Shown here piece by piece: positions 24,301 through 38,133 of a stretch of 64,000 nt of DNA (the stretch's first letter is position 1; each line of letters opens with the position of its first letter). The stretch spans positions 186,001-250,000 of the forward strand of contig OZ025752.1 of NCBI GenBank assembly GCA_964019335.1. Direction: 5' to 3'. The position numbers were made by a program, and so were the translations under genes. The notes under the pieces were generated by a model, which did no database searches, was not told the origin of the DNA, and was given only the letters and a program-made list of their open reading frames with translations. Origin of the DNA: Diplonema japonicum (taxonomy: Eukaryota > Protista > Euglenozoa: Diplonemea).

Positions 24301-24994
24301 GACGGCGATCGACAAAGCGGCACAGGTGTCGGGTCAGTGCATTGAAGGAGACGCCCCGTGGGGGCTCATATTCGACGCCTTGTGTCAGGCAGCGCCGGAG
24401 GTGGACATCACTTCTTCGTCTGGAACCACGCTGACGGGTGGAGGTGAGTTCTGCTCCCCGTCGATTTTCCCAGAGGCGAAGGCGGTGACGGGAGTGACAG
24501 ACCCCGTCGACTGCAACACCGTGTGCAGCGGCAGTGTCTGCACAGCGACGTCGTGCACAGGGAACTGCGAAGCGATGTGTGGGCAGGTGTTCGGGTGTCA
24601 GTGGTATGCCACAGCGCAGCCGCAGGAGACGCTCTCTGGGACCTTCAAGGACCAAAGGTGCGGCTTCAAGTTCACCGACTCCTGGCAACGACGCACCTGT
24701 TCGTGGTGCGGCACCTCTGCGAGCCAGCTGAAGGTGATCTTCGTGTCTCGAGCAACGAAGAACAGCTACAATGTATGTGTACAAAAATAGACTCCCCCCC
24801 CCAAAAAAAAGAAACAACGCAAAAAAAAATAATATAAAAAAATAAAAATAAAAAACAGTCGACATCCGCCATCGCCCTGGCTGAAGAACAGCGTGAGTTC
24901 ACAGGAACCTGTGCAGCAGTGGGGAACACCTACTGTAAAGCACAGCTCGACGGCATCAGACACACAGAGACGGGTGAGTACCAGATCACACAGT

Positions 24995-25025
<31 letters not shown>

Positions 25026-26207
25026 GCCGAAAAGAAAATGTTAATTTCAACTCCCCCCCCCCCTTTTTTTTCTTCCAGGGCGTGCGGCTCCACGTACAGA
25101 AAGTGCTTCAGGAAGCTTATCAAGAGCAGCGTGGGACAACTCTCAGCGTCGTGCAACGGTGAGGCAGACCCTGCGGCGTGCGTGACCGCTGTACAGGTTG
25201 CAGGGGAAGTGGTGGACCTGCGTGTGCGAGACCTGTGCGCGCTGAACGCGAAGCAGGGCTCCTGTGCGCAGTACACGGAAGAGTTCATCAACGCACCACA
25301 CTTTTCTGCATCACAAGTACGCCAGTGCGCGAAGGACTTCGAGGCCTCAGGGACGTGCACCACCGCATGCACAGGGCTCCTGGAGAACTACTTCAAAGAC
25401 GCAGAGTGTTGCTTGGGGACGTTGAACTCGCAGCTCATCGAGCGGGCAGCACTCGGCGACACGACACTGGGCCAGGGGCTGGCACAGGGGCTGTCCGACC
25501 TGTTCAACGGGTGCGGGATGGCGGACCCGGTCAACACAACGAAGTGTGCGCTGCGAACAGGTACCCGCAAGCAGAAGCTGTCTGTTCAGATGAAGTTCCC
25601 ATGCTCGTCGCTGAGCACAGCGCTGCAGGCCTCGATGAGCGCATCCTTCGCGAAGGATCTCGCGGACCTGTTGGGGATGCCGGCTGCGTTCTTCGAGGGG
25701 ATCGACGTGGCGTGCGACAGCTCCGTGCAGATCCAGACGGTGTCGGGGCGTGGGGCGAAGACGCTGGGACTGGCGAGCGGTGTGACGGGGTCCTCGACAC
25801 TGCAGGGGGAGGACGACACCTCGACAGCTGACTCCACAGCTTCCTACGCCAAGGCAGCGGGGTCCGGGAACATGGCGCTGGGGTCGACTGGGAAGACGGT
25901 CGCAGACAGCACTGGGTCCTCTCTTCAGGTGGATACGAACGCTGTGAAGCAGAGCAGCCCCACGGCTGCTGGTATCGACGTGTCGAGTGTGACCAGCGCC
26001 ACCCCGCAACCTATTACAATCAGCCCGGCACCAGCGACACCTGCTCCTGACACGAACGCACCAGACACCCCGACACCCTTCAAGTACCCTGTCAGCACCC
26101 CTCTTCCTACGAGGCAGCTCGGTTCCGCACCGACACACTCCCCCCCCACCAGCGTGGCTGCCCTCCTCTTCGCGATGATTGCTTTTGTCTTCTTCTGCGT
26201 TGTGTGA
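15955..26207 (+). CDS. Giant cysteine-rich secreted/GPI-anchored protein, copy 1; 10 exons, ~3,236 aa
   Basis: Nine GT-AG introns (18386-18455, 19050-19089, 19663-19709, 19848-19890, 20668-20714, 21285-21355, 21548-21599, 24773-24858, 24993-25078) join all Cys-rich ORFs in frame (9,711 nt). Signal peptide at the N-terminus, Ser/Thr/Pro stalk and terminal hydrophobic tail. Confidence 0.85.
20082..20393 (+). repeat. Coding (GAT)n and (GGCAAT)n repeats: poly-Asp then Gly-Asn/GGNNTN (also 33190-33501)
   Basis: Direct tandem repeats within exon 5. Confidence 0.95.
21320..21354 (+). repeat. (CA)n microsatellite abutting an intron acceptor (also 34428-34462)
   Basis: The AC dinucleotide run ends in CAG. 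Confidence 0.95.
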
Positions 26208-26376
26208 GGGTAGAGGATATGGGAGGGGGGGGGGGGAGTGTTGTATTAGCTGCGGGTCAAAAAAAAAAAAGAAAAGAAAAAAAAAAGATTTTTTTTATTC
26301 TGTTTTCCCCGCAGTTTTTTGCTTCTTTAATATGTAACTACTGCCTTCTCTTTTCTTTTCTTTTTGTTTTTGTTTT

Positions 26377-26480
26377 AAGAATATTATTATCGAGACGAAA
26401 ACTAGTTAATAGCAGCGTAATGAGCTATTTTACAACGTAAAATACCGTTTGTGCGCACTAACACGCGAAGCGCTAGTTTC
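26377..26480. mobile_element. ~100-bp insertion specific to unit 1, Helitron/HINE-like ends
   Basis: Absent at the homologous site in unit 2. Has AAACTAG...CTAGTTT inverted repeats and a CGCGAAGCG mini-hairpin next to CTAG. Confidence 0.45.
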
Positions 26481-26736
26481 CCCCCTCTCTAATTTCTTTT
26501 TATGTTATTTAGTTTCTACTTTAAACAAACCGGTGTCTGGGGGGGTAGGGGGGAATTCATTAAAAACTTGTTTTATTGACTTCCGTTTTAAATTTGTTTA
26601 ATATGCCCCTCCCCCCCCCCCAACTTTTTTATTTACACGAGGGCTAAAGGCCCCTTCCCCCCCCCCCCCCCCCCGTCCTATTTAAGATCGTCCCAGTCCT
26701 GTCAGCTTTTATTATGAAGAAAAGGAACTGTTTCGG

Positions 26737-26779
<43 letters not shown>

Positions 26780-27024
26780 CATTGATTTCCTACTATTTAT
26801 TCACTTCTCACATAAAGGAGTCTTTTTTTTTTACCAGGGGGGCTGTGCGTCCCCTACCAAGGGGTTCAAACCTCTTTTAACAATCCTCTCCCCCCCCCCC
26901 CCCCACTCCTAATTCCTCCCACTATTTTTATTCCTATTTTCCTACGTGCGAAAGGAAGAACAAAAGAAGAGCCCCCTCTTTTTGTCTTTCCTTTTTTTTT
27001 TTTTTTTTTTTTTTGCCCAGAAGG

Positions 27025-27085
27025 GGTAGATAAGTAGAGACAAGGGGGACGTTCCAAAACAGGAACCTCCTTTATCTCATCTCTT
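27025..27085 (+). repeat. Fragment of the putative LTR at 40875-41080, in opposite orientation
   Basis: Near reverse complement of 40895-40960 (AGGAACCTCCTTTATCTCATCTCTT). Absent from unit 2. Confidence 0.8.
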
Positions 27086-27856
27086 TTTTTTTTGTTTCTC
27101 CCCTTCGTTACTGCGCACCTACGATATTATATTGACAGTGCTCAGCTTTGAGAAAACAAAATTCTCTTGTCACACGACTCTTTTGTCGTCCATCTATCTG
27201 TGAGCCTGCTACAAGCACGGACACGTCAGAATCGTGTTTTTTTTTCCTTTTTTTTTTTCCCTTCTTCTTCCTACTCGTTTTCCTCTCTAATTTAATTTTT
27301 TGTAAAAGAACTTTCTCTCTTTTTTTTTCTTTTTTTTTTTTTTTGGTTCTCTTCAAAATTCTCCCTTTAGCAGGGTGTAAAAGCCCTAGGTGGGTAGCGT
27401 TCACCTCCTAATGCGATTTTGCGCATGCGGGAGCCGAGGCTACCCATTTTTATTTTATGCCCCTCCACCAAAGAGCCAAAGATTCTCCTTTTTTTTTAGT
27501 AAGCATGTCGCCTCCTTTGTTGTACCTTTCACCCATTTCTGTTTTTTTTTTTTTTTTTTACCCTTTTCTAATTATGTTGACAAACGGGTCAGCAAGGACT
27601 GCCAGATAGTGGAACGGAGAGTCATGACCCTGTGCCATCTTTTCGCTTCTCTACTCTAACTTAAAATCATTCAGTTGCCTGTCTCCACTGAAGTGGCTTC
27701 GGGTCTCCTAATGAGTTCAAACCTGAGAGGAGGGTCGAGACCTAGGAACGAAACTGGTGCCTTGCAATTTGTCAATGTGTCTTTGTGTAAAGTATTCTCC
27801 ACTTAATTTCACAAAAAGAAAAAGTAGCTCTTTTCTCATTTATCTCAGGTAGGAGG

Positions 27857-27954
27857 GATAACATGGAAGCATGAAGTACGGAGATGTGTTGCCAGCTGTT
27901 GACCTGTGGAAGAACGCATTGCAGATGCTCAGGGTGACGAACAGGCAGCAAACT
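27857..27954 (+). repeat. Dispersed repeat, copy B
   Basis: Matches 4171-4300. Confidence 0.85.
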
Positions 27955-28942
27955 GCATGAGCGCCGAATCTTGGTTACCCGGGGCGAACCCGGCTAGTGT
28001 TGAGCTGCACACGGCACGCATTAAGGACACGACGCGGAACGCAGAAGAAGCTACACCTCAAGAGACAGTTGTTGTGCAGGGCGGCGCCAACACTGGCCTC
28101 CTTTATCTCTTATAGCGTCTAAACTTAGAAATGTCCGGTACCTTGTACACCAAGAAAAAAGAAGAACACTAGCAGATGCGAGATAAAGCTTACTTACTTA
28201 TAGGAAGCGATCCACAACCACCCTCGCGATTCCGTTCCCGCTTCCACTCCTGTGGCAAAGCACAGGCGGATCCAGAAGGAAATGATGAAAAAAAAAACCG
28301 CCCCAAAAGCCCTACGGATCGGGGGGGGGGGGGGGGGGGGGGGCCTCGACGAGTCGTTTCGTGTGCTCCGCTTCGGGTCGGCGGCTCGGGGGTCCCCAGA
28401 ACGTGGCCAGTTCGCTAAAGCGATAAGTACGGAGGTGCCCGACTCACAGGTCTCCCCCGAGCCTTGACGGGCGACATCTGTGAGGCCCTCGGGGTTAGCA
28501 CCGCTGCTCCCTGCGAGGGCTGTGTTGTCCCCGGCCTGATTGCCCTGCAATTGCTGAGGAGAAGGCGTCCGCTTGTGCGAGTCTCCCACAAGAAGAAGGT
28601 ACGGAGACGCACTCTGCCTACGGGTAATGACAGTGTTCAAACTGGAGACCAATATGGATAATGACAGTCTCAACTAGCACGAGGACTGACAGTGTCTAGC
28701 TGGGTTTGTACTCCTTACGGGGGTTGGGAGAAAACACGAAAATACTCAACTTTACCTCCCTCCCCCATCATCCCAATGAGCTGTACTGCCGACTGCTGTA
28801 GGTAAGCGATGCTACAGGTGAGTGGCGTCACCTCTCCTAGCTAGCTGTGTGCACGCTGAGATGGGGCAGCCCGCCGACTCCCACGTGGAGCTTCCAGGAC
28901 CAATGCATACTCATGATCGAAAAACGCTGGATTCTTTTCTCT

Positions 28943-31900
28943 TTTGTACGTGCCCCTCAGCTTTAACATTCTCGGGACACAATTTGGCCAAATTAAGTTT
29001 TTTTTTTCTTTTCGCCTCAGCTTTAACATTCTGAACGAATTACCTCACACACAGAGGAGAAAATGGAGGTAAAGGTTGCAGTGAGGAGCTTAGCGGTGTG
29101 CATACTTGTCACGGGCTGCTTTGGATGGCCAAAGGGTCTGAAGAGCTATGAGGACGACGACGACGACAACAACGACGGGTGTTACACGCAAGATGCCATG
29201 GACTGTGTCACAAGGTGCGGGATGTGCGCAAAAAATACCTCTGGTCTTACACCGGACTGCCCAGAGTCCTGCGAGTGCTGGATGTCTTATTCCTCGTGTG
29301 CAGGGTTTTGCGGCACATGCTCTGCTGAGTGCATTGCGGGGAACGGGACTGGGAACGGAACTTCGGGAGGCGGGTCTCAGAACCCGGGCTCCGGTCCATC
29401 AGGCGGAGGCAGTGGCGGCGGTGTACTCTACCGCTTTGCCGAATACCTGATGGTCGGGGGCGGTGGTGGAGGTGGTGACGACAACAGCACAAACTCCACG
29501 TCCCCCGAAGATGTGCCGATGGCAGCACCCGGGAACGAGACAAGCCCTGACGACAGCCCTGCCTTCAACGATACAACACCTTCGGATGCCCCGACCGAGG
29601 ACAACGACCCACCGGAACAGCCCCCTTCTGAGGACAGCCCGGAGGAATCGAACGAGTGCGCCGACGGTTGTGACACAACATGCGCAGCGCGCGGGTGTGC
29701 GTCGCAGAACGGGAGGCTTTGCATCGACACCCCTTCGTCATCCGACGGCTTCTGTCAGAGCTACGGCCACTGCGACAAGTGCGACCTTCCTGAAGCGACG
29801 AAGTGCATGACGCAGTGCGCATGCGGGACGGACAACGTCCAAAACATAAACAACCGGAACTGCGAGGGAGAGGTCTGCAAGGGGTGTGCCGCCTACAGGA
29901 GCTGCAGCGGGGATTGCGATGAGGAACGATACACAACGTGCAAGAACTACAAATGCTTCGAGAGGGCGAGGAAGCCAAGCTCTGACTGTTTGGGGTGCTC
30001 AGCCTTCACGCACTGCCACACGGAACAACGCCCGAGCTGCACCGGGGCGATGGCGGACAAGTGTCTTTTGGGATGCCGCTGCGGACCGCTGGGAGAGACC
30101 TTCCTTGACATGAACGGGACCGAAGTGGAGGCCCCGAACCCGAATTGCACAGGCTACTACTGCGAGGGGTGCGAGGACCTCCGCCACTGTTTCGAGGACT
30201 GCAACTCCACGAAAGCTATGGAGTGCTCGAAGTGCGATGGCAGCGACTGTAAAGGGTGTGAGCCCTACGCTTACTGTGAGTTCAATGGGCGCCCTTCCTG
30301 CGACGCGCTTGACGAAGAGAACGACAGCTGCCTGAACAATAATAATTGCTCAAAAAACCCATTTAAACCGGACCACTGGACTGATGAGAGTAATACCACC
30401 ACTTGTGAACTCTGTCGGGAGATGGTCGGCCACTGCCTCAGCTGCGACAGCGACCGAGCAAAACGCTGCATGGACGAGTGCCGCTGTGGTCCCAAGCCAG
30501 AATGGTATTGGTATACCTGGACTGGACGTGTTACACTCAACCCGAACTGCGAAGGAGCAGCTTGTGAAGGGTGTTCTGCATACCGTGGGTGCATGAAGAA
30601 TTGCCGCAAGTTGTCACAGAGTGAGCGTGATAATTGCGAACAAGTGGATCAGCAACGTAATCATGGGGATAACACATCGTCAGGAAACTGGACTAGTCAC
30701 GAGGAGTTCTGCCTGCCGTACTTTCACTGCTTCACACAAGGCGGCATTCCGTGCGACGGAAGAATCGAGATCCCCGACGGCTGCAACTACGAGAACTGCA
30801 AGACAAGGAATAATACAAAATCCTGGTGGGATGCATTTGCTGTGGAATTACATTGTCCGGACTGCCCCACTGGGTACGAGAATTGCAGCAAGTGCGCACA
30901 CCCATTAACCACAAACTGTATGCGCAACTGCAGATGCTCTAACATGACTTATACTGCCGATGGTGGCAATGGCACAGTCCAATCTTACAACCCGGAGTGC
31001 GATGGGCGTGCTTGCAAGGGTTGCGAAGAACGGACCGAGGAATGTCTGTTGCCTTGCGATTCGATGCCCCGCGAGTGCAAACAGTGCGAAGACTGCGGTG
31101 AGCAATGCTATGAGCAACTATGCTACGATTCTGCGTGTCTGCCATACTACCACTGCTTTACTAAAGGCGGGTTGCCGTGTATTTCAGAAGATGTAGCTTC
31201 GTGCCAATTAGACCTCTGCATTGACGACCCAATGAATGTGACAGATTTGAATACGACACAGAACGGTTCGGGTCCACCCCAACCTTGGGTACCTTATGGT
31301 GTACCGTGCTCTGAGTGCGGCCTATACGACCACTGCCCCGATGCGTGTGCCAGTGACACATCTCAGATGTGCATGACGACGTGCAGGTGTGGTCCGAAGA
31401 ATGTGAGCTACCCGGACGGGCGTGCACTGAACCCTGATTGCGAGGGGTACCAATGCCGGGAATGCCAATATTCAAGGAGGAACTGCATGAAAGGTACGGG
31501 GGGGGGGGGGGGTAAATAAAAATCAAAAGTAAGGACATTGCAACCACACAACCACACTCACAGACTGTTGGACACCCGAAGCAGGACAATGTATGGAAAT
31601 ATGTAAGGATTGTCGCAGAGGGGGAAGCAACTGCTCCGAAACATGCCACGATACTCAGGGGTGTGCACCGTACCTGCACTGTTTGGACAGGGGGAGGCCA
31701 CCTTGCCAGGGATTCGACCCATGTGCGTCACTGTGCGATCCTTACCAGGGGGGGTACCAATATGACCCGAAGAAGTGCGAGAAGTGCGAGGAAGAATACG
31801 CACACTGCCCTGGGAGATGCTCAACCAAACCCGCTCGGGATTGCATGATGAACTGTCGGTGCCGTCCGGAGTACGGACACGACCTCCCCCCGGGGTGGGA

Positions 31901-34425
31901 ATGTGGGGACTGTAAGGGCTGCGAAAGGTACCAACACTGCAAAGCACCGCATTGCAATGGGTACGAACAGTGTCAGTACGACTGCGATAAATGCGAAGAG
32001 GGCGACGACAACGACGACGGCAATGGCAACATGACTGCTGGTGGCAACATGGCTGGTAACATGACTGGCGGCAACATGACTGGTGGTAACAATGTGACCC
32101 AGATGCACTGTGACCGTTGCCAGTTGTGCCAGAGTTTCCACCACTGCTTCACCGAACGTATGTCCTCCCCCCCCCCACCCCATTTAGCTAAACACAGCAT
32201 GCGAATCCATAATTGGGAGGGGCTGTTTGAAATGCGGGTGGGAACACAAGGACCCCTGGAGTAGCAGGTGCACTGGGGAATGTGGGTATGCCGCAGAAAG
32301 GTGCGATGTGTGCAAATCGCATCGAGCAAAGCGGTGCATGAAGGAATGCAAGTGCCCCATGGGTGGTAATGGTACAGATGTGGGCAACGGAACGTCATCG
32401 AGCCCTGAGTGTGCAGGGGAGCTGTGCGAAGGGTGTGATGAGTTCAGGGACTGCAGGAGAGAATGCTCAGATACCCCCAGTATGTGCTTGCATTGCCGCG
32501 AATGCCGGGATGGTGCCTGCCTTGAGATGTGCGACACCATCTGCCTCCCTTGGCAACACTGCCAAGGGGGATGCGACCTCGACGAACAGCTGCAATGTGA
32601 GGACTGCAAGATGAACTCGACCATGAACGACAGCACACCTGTAATGCAAAAATCGGACAAGAAACCGAAGCCTAACGACAACAAGACGCGAGACGATGAT
32701 GATGATGATGATGATGATGGTGGCTACATTAGCTGCAAGGACTGCGAACGGTTCGAGCAGTGTCCCCCAGGTTTGCCCACACTTTTTACCACCTTCATGA
32801 TCACCATAATTCCACAGTGTGCGAGCATGACAGGGCTGTCAAATGCATGCGAGATTGCCAGTGTGGTCCCGAGGACCCTTCTTACGACCCCTTCAACCCG
32901 CACTGCCTTGGTAAAGCATGCCGCGGGTGCGAGCCTTTGAGACACTGCATGTTGAGTATGTTTGTTCAATAGCGAAAAAAGAAGCCCATCATCAACAGAC
33001 TGCACCGATCCCATGGCGGTGGCGTGCAACGCGACTTGTGAGGAATGCAGGTCACCTTCTTCAGCGAACGACACAGGTGCCTGCATGCGATGCTTCGGTG
33101 CCTGCGCTCCTTACTGGCACTGCTTCGGCCAGGGAATGCCTCCGTGCGGTGACACAGACCCATGTGTCAATGAGTGCGAAGTTGGCGATGGTGATGATGA
33201 TGACGATGATGATGATGATGGCAATGGTGGCAATAGTACCAATGGCAATGGCAATGGTGGCAACAATACCAATGGCAATGGCAATGGTGGCAATAATACC
33301 AATGGCAATGGCAATGGCAATGGCAATGGCAATGGCAATGGCAATGGTGGCAATAATACCAATGGCAATGGCAATGGCAATGGCAATGGCAATGGTGGCA
33401 ATAATACCAATGGCAATGGCAATGGTGGCAATAATACCAATGGCAATGGCAATGGCAATAATGGCAATGGCAATGGCAATGGCAATGGCAATGGCAATGG
33501 CAAGGTCCAGGTTAAGGCTATGCCTAGCAACAAGGTGCCCTCCAGCAAGCCAAAAAAAGAGTCGGGTTATTATTACGGCCATACGTGCCTTGGTTCCTGT
33601 TCCAAGCTCTACCCACACTGCCCTGGCCAGTGCAACAACAAGTTGGCTGATCACTGCATGTTCAGCTGCGCTTGCGGGCCCGAGGGCTACAGATATGACA
33701 ACAGGTCGGCGCACAACCCTCATTGCTTCGGAGAGGTGTGCCAGGGGTGCGACAGGTACAGGCACTGCATGATGCGTATGACTTACAAACCACTACAACC
33801 CAACTCACACCCCGAACCACAGCTTGCTACGGACCTGAATATGACATGTGCACCACCGATGTCTGCACAGCGTGCGCCCTTCGTGATGAAATGTGCGAGT
33901 ACTGCCCTCACAAGTGCAACAGGTTCGCGCATTGCATTGCGCACCTTCGAAGGCCGGACTGCGGGAACAACACCATCGAGGACCTGTGCGACGACGTGTG
34001 CGGGCGGGACATGCCCGACAACTCCACAAATGGAAGCTATCCCGACGGCAACATGGGGATGGAGCCGGACGACAAGAAGCCTGATCAGGACAACATGAAA
34101 CCGTTAAAGGCTGCGGACGAAAAGCCCGAGGAAAAGTACCCAGGAGAGGACAAGAAGGACAAAGACAAAGACTATAAATACATGGAAGAGATGGAGGCAA
34201 GGTGCGACCACTGCATTGAAGCACACAGCAATTGCCCCGGGTCGTGCAACTCGCACAATGCCCGGGAGTGCATGACAGAATGTGCCTGCGGGAACAGCAT
34301 GAACGCCAGTTACTACAACGGGAGCCACGCGAACCCTTACTGTTTGGGCAAACCGTGCAAGGGTTGCGAGACCTACAGGCACTGCATGGCAGGTATGCTT
34401 AACTAACTAAACATGAACGTAACAC

Positions 34426-34465
<40 letters not shown>

Positions 34466-37400
34466 TGCGAGTCAATGGCAGCAGGGGAGTGCACGATGGC
34501 GTGCGATACATGCTGGTACCATGAGGCTGCAAGGCAGTACGACCCTGTGTGGGCGGCAACGCTGCCAGGGGCTGAGAACGCCACGATGTACTGCGGACAG
34601 TGCAATTCCCCCCAGTGCTTGCCGTTCCACCACTGCAGCTTGAAAGGCGGGATGCGTATGTCAACAATAATCACCCCCTCCATCCCCATCCCACCCCTCC
34701 CAAACAGCTTGCGAAGAGAGCCAGTACATCCAGGGCAAGGGTCCTTACGGCTGCGCACCGCTCCCGGGATGCTCGGAGCAGCCGAAGCCTATTCACTGCT
34801 TGCCGAAGAAATGCAACAAAAAGAGGGGCCAAGATTGCATCATTGCTTGCACGAGCTGCACCTACGAGCACAATGAAGTGGACCTCGGTGGTGGTGCATT
34901 CGGCGGGGGTGGCGAGATGATGGGCAAGAGCGAAGGCAATCTTGCAAGTAGAAAGGCGTCTTCGCAGGCGGTAGACATGATGCCGCAAATGCCAAACGAA
35001 GACCAGAAGGAAGCTGAGAAGCAGTATGACGACTGCGTGGAGTGCGCGACGAAGTGCCCGGACTACGGCCACTGCACGATCTCAGACCTGGTGTGCGAAG
35101 GGATGTTGGCGGATGATCTGTGCCACGAGGCGTGCGAGCACTCGGACCGCAGCTGTGCACACTGTTTCGAGGTCTTCACGCACTGCGGGGTAAACACAAC
35201 GGTGTCATGCAACGACCCGCAAGCACAGGCGTGCATGCCGTGCCTCACCGGGGCCTCGACGGAGGGCTGCTTCCGGTGCACGAAGTACGCGGAGTGCTCG
35301 AAGAACAAGTGCGGGACGACGCTTGGAACGGTGCAGTGCGAGCTGGGGTGCCTGCAGCCCGGTTTGGACAAGAAGCCTGCGGAAGAAGAGTGCCTGGATC
35401 ACTGCTTCGCGCACCTCGAGTGCACGGGATACTGCAGCAGCGGGGCGGCGTCGGCGTGCACGGACAACGCGAACTGCCAGACCTGCCAAACCTCGGGGAC
35501 AGACGCAGCGTGCACAGCGTGCAACACAGCGAGCTGCTTGTCGAACTACGGGGCCTGTCAGAGGACGGGAAGCCTGAACGAGACGGACTGTCTGAGTGCG
35601 GAGGCAGCGGGGTGTTACTACGATTGCGGCGACTGCCTCGCACCGCAGTCAACCTTCACGTGCAACAGCACCTGCAGCGGGACATGCCAGAAGTACAGGT
35701 ACTGCCTCGCGATCGGAGGAGCCTACGGTTGCACGAGCGTTCAACGCAGCGTCTGCGACAGCATGTGTTTCCAGAAGTGCGGTGGCGGGCGTTTCTCACA
35801 GTGCCTGGGGTGCCTGCAGGGGGATGCGTGCGGCTTGCAGGAGTGCCTCGGGTGCAACGAGTACGCTTCTTGCGGATGTGAAGAGGATAAGATGGCGAAG
35901 CAGTGTGTGAAGGAGGCACGGGAGGTGCACTTCTGCCAGTACAGCCAGCTTCCTAGAGACGGCCCGTGCACCGGGTACCTGGGGTGCGTGGTCGACTCGT
36001 GCACTCAGAACCCGATGAAGCCCGAGGACTGCGTGGCCTTTGAGGTGAACTCCATCGCAGAGGCGCAGAACATCAGTGGGTGCATGCTGGACCTGGACAT
36101 CGTGCAGAACGGGTACGGGAATGGAACGGTGACCTCGACCGTGAGCACCGTGCTGTACGACCTGCTGCAGGAGCTGTTCAACCAGGGACAGCACCTCACC
36201 CCTTTGGAGTACCTCGAGCTGTGCGACACGTGCGCGGTGCACCTCCCTGCGGACAGCTTCGTGAACTCGAAGTGCCTGGCCTACAGCGTGGTGGGCTCGG
36301 GTTTGGCGACGCTGTGCAACTCGGCGGCAGTGCAGAGCGCTCGGCAGTACAAGAAGACTCTTGTGGACGTCCCCGTGGACTGCGGGGTGAAGGCGTTGAA
36401 GGTGGTGGTGGCGGATGCGAACCTCCCTCCTCTAGCGGACGGCACGACAGCGGCAGCCGCCTCGTGCCAGGCTCTCGAAGACGTGTTCGAGGCGAAAGCT
36501 GGGGCGAGCTTCGACTCGGGGTGTCCGTGTGCAGAGCTCCTGTACTCGAACACCACCTACGCCGACTCGGTGTACGGAGTGGACGGCTCGGCTGGCTACT
36601 GCAGCTACCTCATCAACGACTTGAAGGGCTACTCCAAGGCGTGCCGCTACTCTCCCGCATCGACCTGTGTGGCGACGGACATCTCGAAGCTGAACGACCT
36701 CATCACATCGAAGTCGATCACCTCTGTCACGAACTGCGCCGCCCTGCAGAACATGCCGAGCACCGACTCCGCTGTGGTGGAGCAGGCTTGCTTCAACTGC
36801 GTGTTCCCTCTGGAAGCGGAGATCTCGCGGCTGCACAAGACTGGTGTTGCTGCGGACGAGGCCCTCGCCGACGAGCTTCTTTTCTACCTGCACTCCGACT
36901 GCCCCGCCTTGTCGACGAGGACGGAACGATGCCCGAGGTGGGCCTCGACCGTCGCGCAGTACACGACCGCAAAGGGGTGCATCCCCGGCGTGGTGTCGCA
37001 GCTGACGACGGCTTTCAGCAATGCGGGGTTGGGGTCGGACTGCATAGCCGTGAGCAGGATCATGGACGACACTTTCAACGACCAGACAGTGGCCCTGAGG
37101 GAGTCGCAGATGCGCGCGTTGTGCGACACCTGTTTGCCGGGGATCGCCTCTTCTGTGATGGACCCTGTGCAGGCTGCGGCAAGCTGTCCCACGATGGCGG
37201 GGCTCTTCGGTCGGGTCCAGGCCGCCTGCGATGCTTACAAGACGGCGGGCTACATGGGCGGGATGCTGCAAGTGGCCCCCACCGGGACAGAGTGCGCGGC
37301 AGCAAAGACGAGCATCGAGTCGAGCTGCCCCGGCCTGCTCGGGACAACCGGGCACCCCTCGCTGGCCCCTCAGGACGTGGCAGCGTGGTGCGGTAACACA

Positions 37401-38102
37401 GCGTGCAAGACGGCGATCGACAAAGCGGCACAGGTGTCGGGTCAGTGCATTGAAGGAGACGCCCCGTGGGGGCTCATATTCGACGCCTTGTGTCAGGCAG
37501 CGCCGGAGGTGGACATCACTTCTTCGTCTGGAACCACGCTGACGGGTGGAGGTGAGTTCTGCTCCCCGTCGATTTTCCCAGAGGCGAAGGCGGTGACGGG
37601 AGTGACAGACCCCGTCGACTGCAACACCGTGTGCAGCGGCAGTGTCTGCACAGCGACGTCGTGCACAGGGAACTGCGAAGCGATGTGTGGGCAGGTGTTC
37701 GGGTGTCAGTGGTATGCCACAGCGCAGCCGCAGGAGACGCTCTCTGGGACCTTCAAGGACCAAAGGTGCGGCTTCAAGTTCACCGACTCCTGGCAACGAC
37801 GCACCTGTTCGTGGTGCGGCACCTCTGCGAGCCAGCTGAAGGTGATCTTCGTGTCTCGAGCAACGAAGAACAGCTACAATGTATGTGTACAAAAATAGAC
37901 TCCCCCCCCCAAAAAAAAGAAACAACGCAAAAAAAAATAATATAAAAAAATAAAAATAAAAAACAGTCGACATCCGCCATCGCCCTGGCTGAAGAACAGC
38001 GTGAGTTCACAGGAACCTGTGCAGCAGTGGGGAACACCTACTGTAAAGCACAGCTCGACGGCATCAGACACACAGAGACGGGTGAGTACCAGATCACACA
38101 GT

Positions 38103-38133
<31 letters not shown>

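Larger units (their letters stand above)
15893..27303 (+). repeat. Segmental tandem duplication, unit 1
   Basis: Homologous to ~28943-40328, with a constant 13,108-bp offset through the gene body. Confidence 0.95.

Noticed and set aside
22972-24865. 438-aa and 513-aa overlapping ORFs
   Set aside because: Shadows of a high-GC3 exon with no motifs.
24974-24979. GTGAGT as the donor of the last intron
   Set aside because: Wrong phase. GTATG at 24993 keeps the frame.
18386-25078. Separate genes, programmed frameshifts or an alternative genetic code for the staggered Cys-rich ORFs
   Set aside because: Nine canonical GT-AG introns join them into one frame.
28176-28673. Short ORFs in the spacer between the duplicated units
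   Set aside because: No recognisable motifs and interrupted by a G run. Probably decayed repeat DNA.
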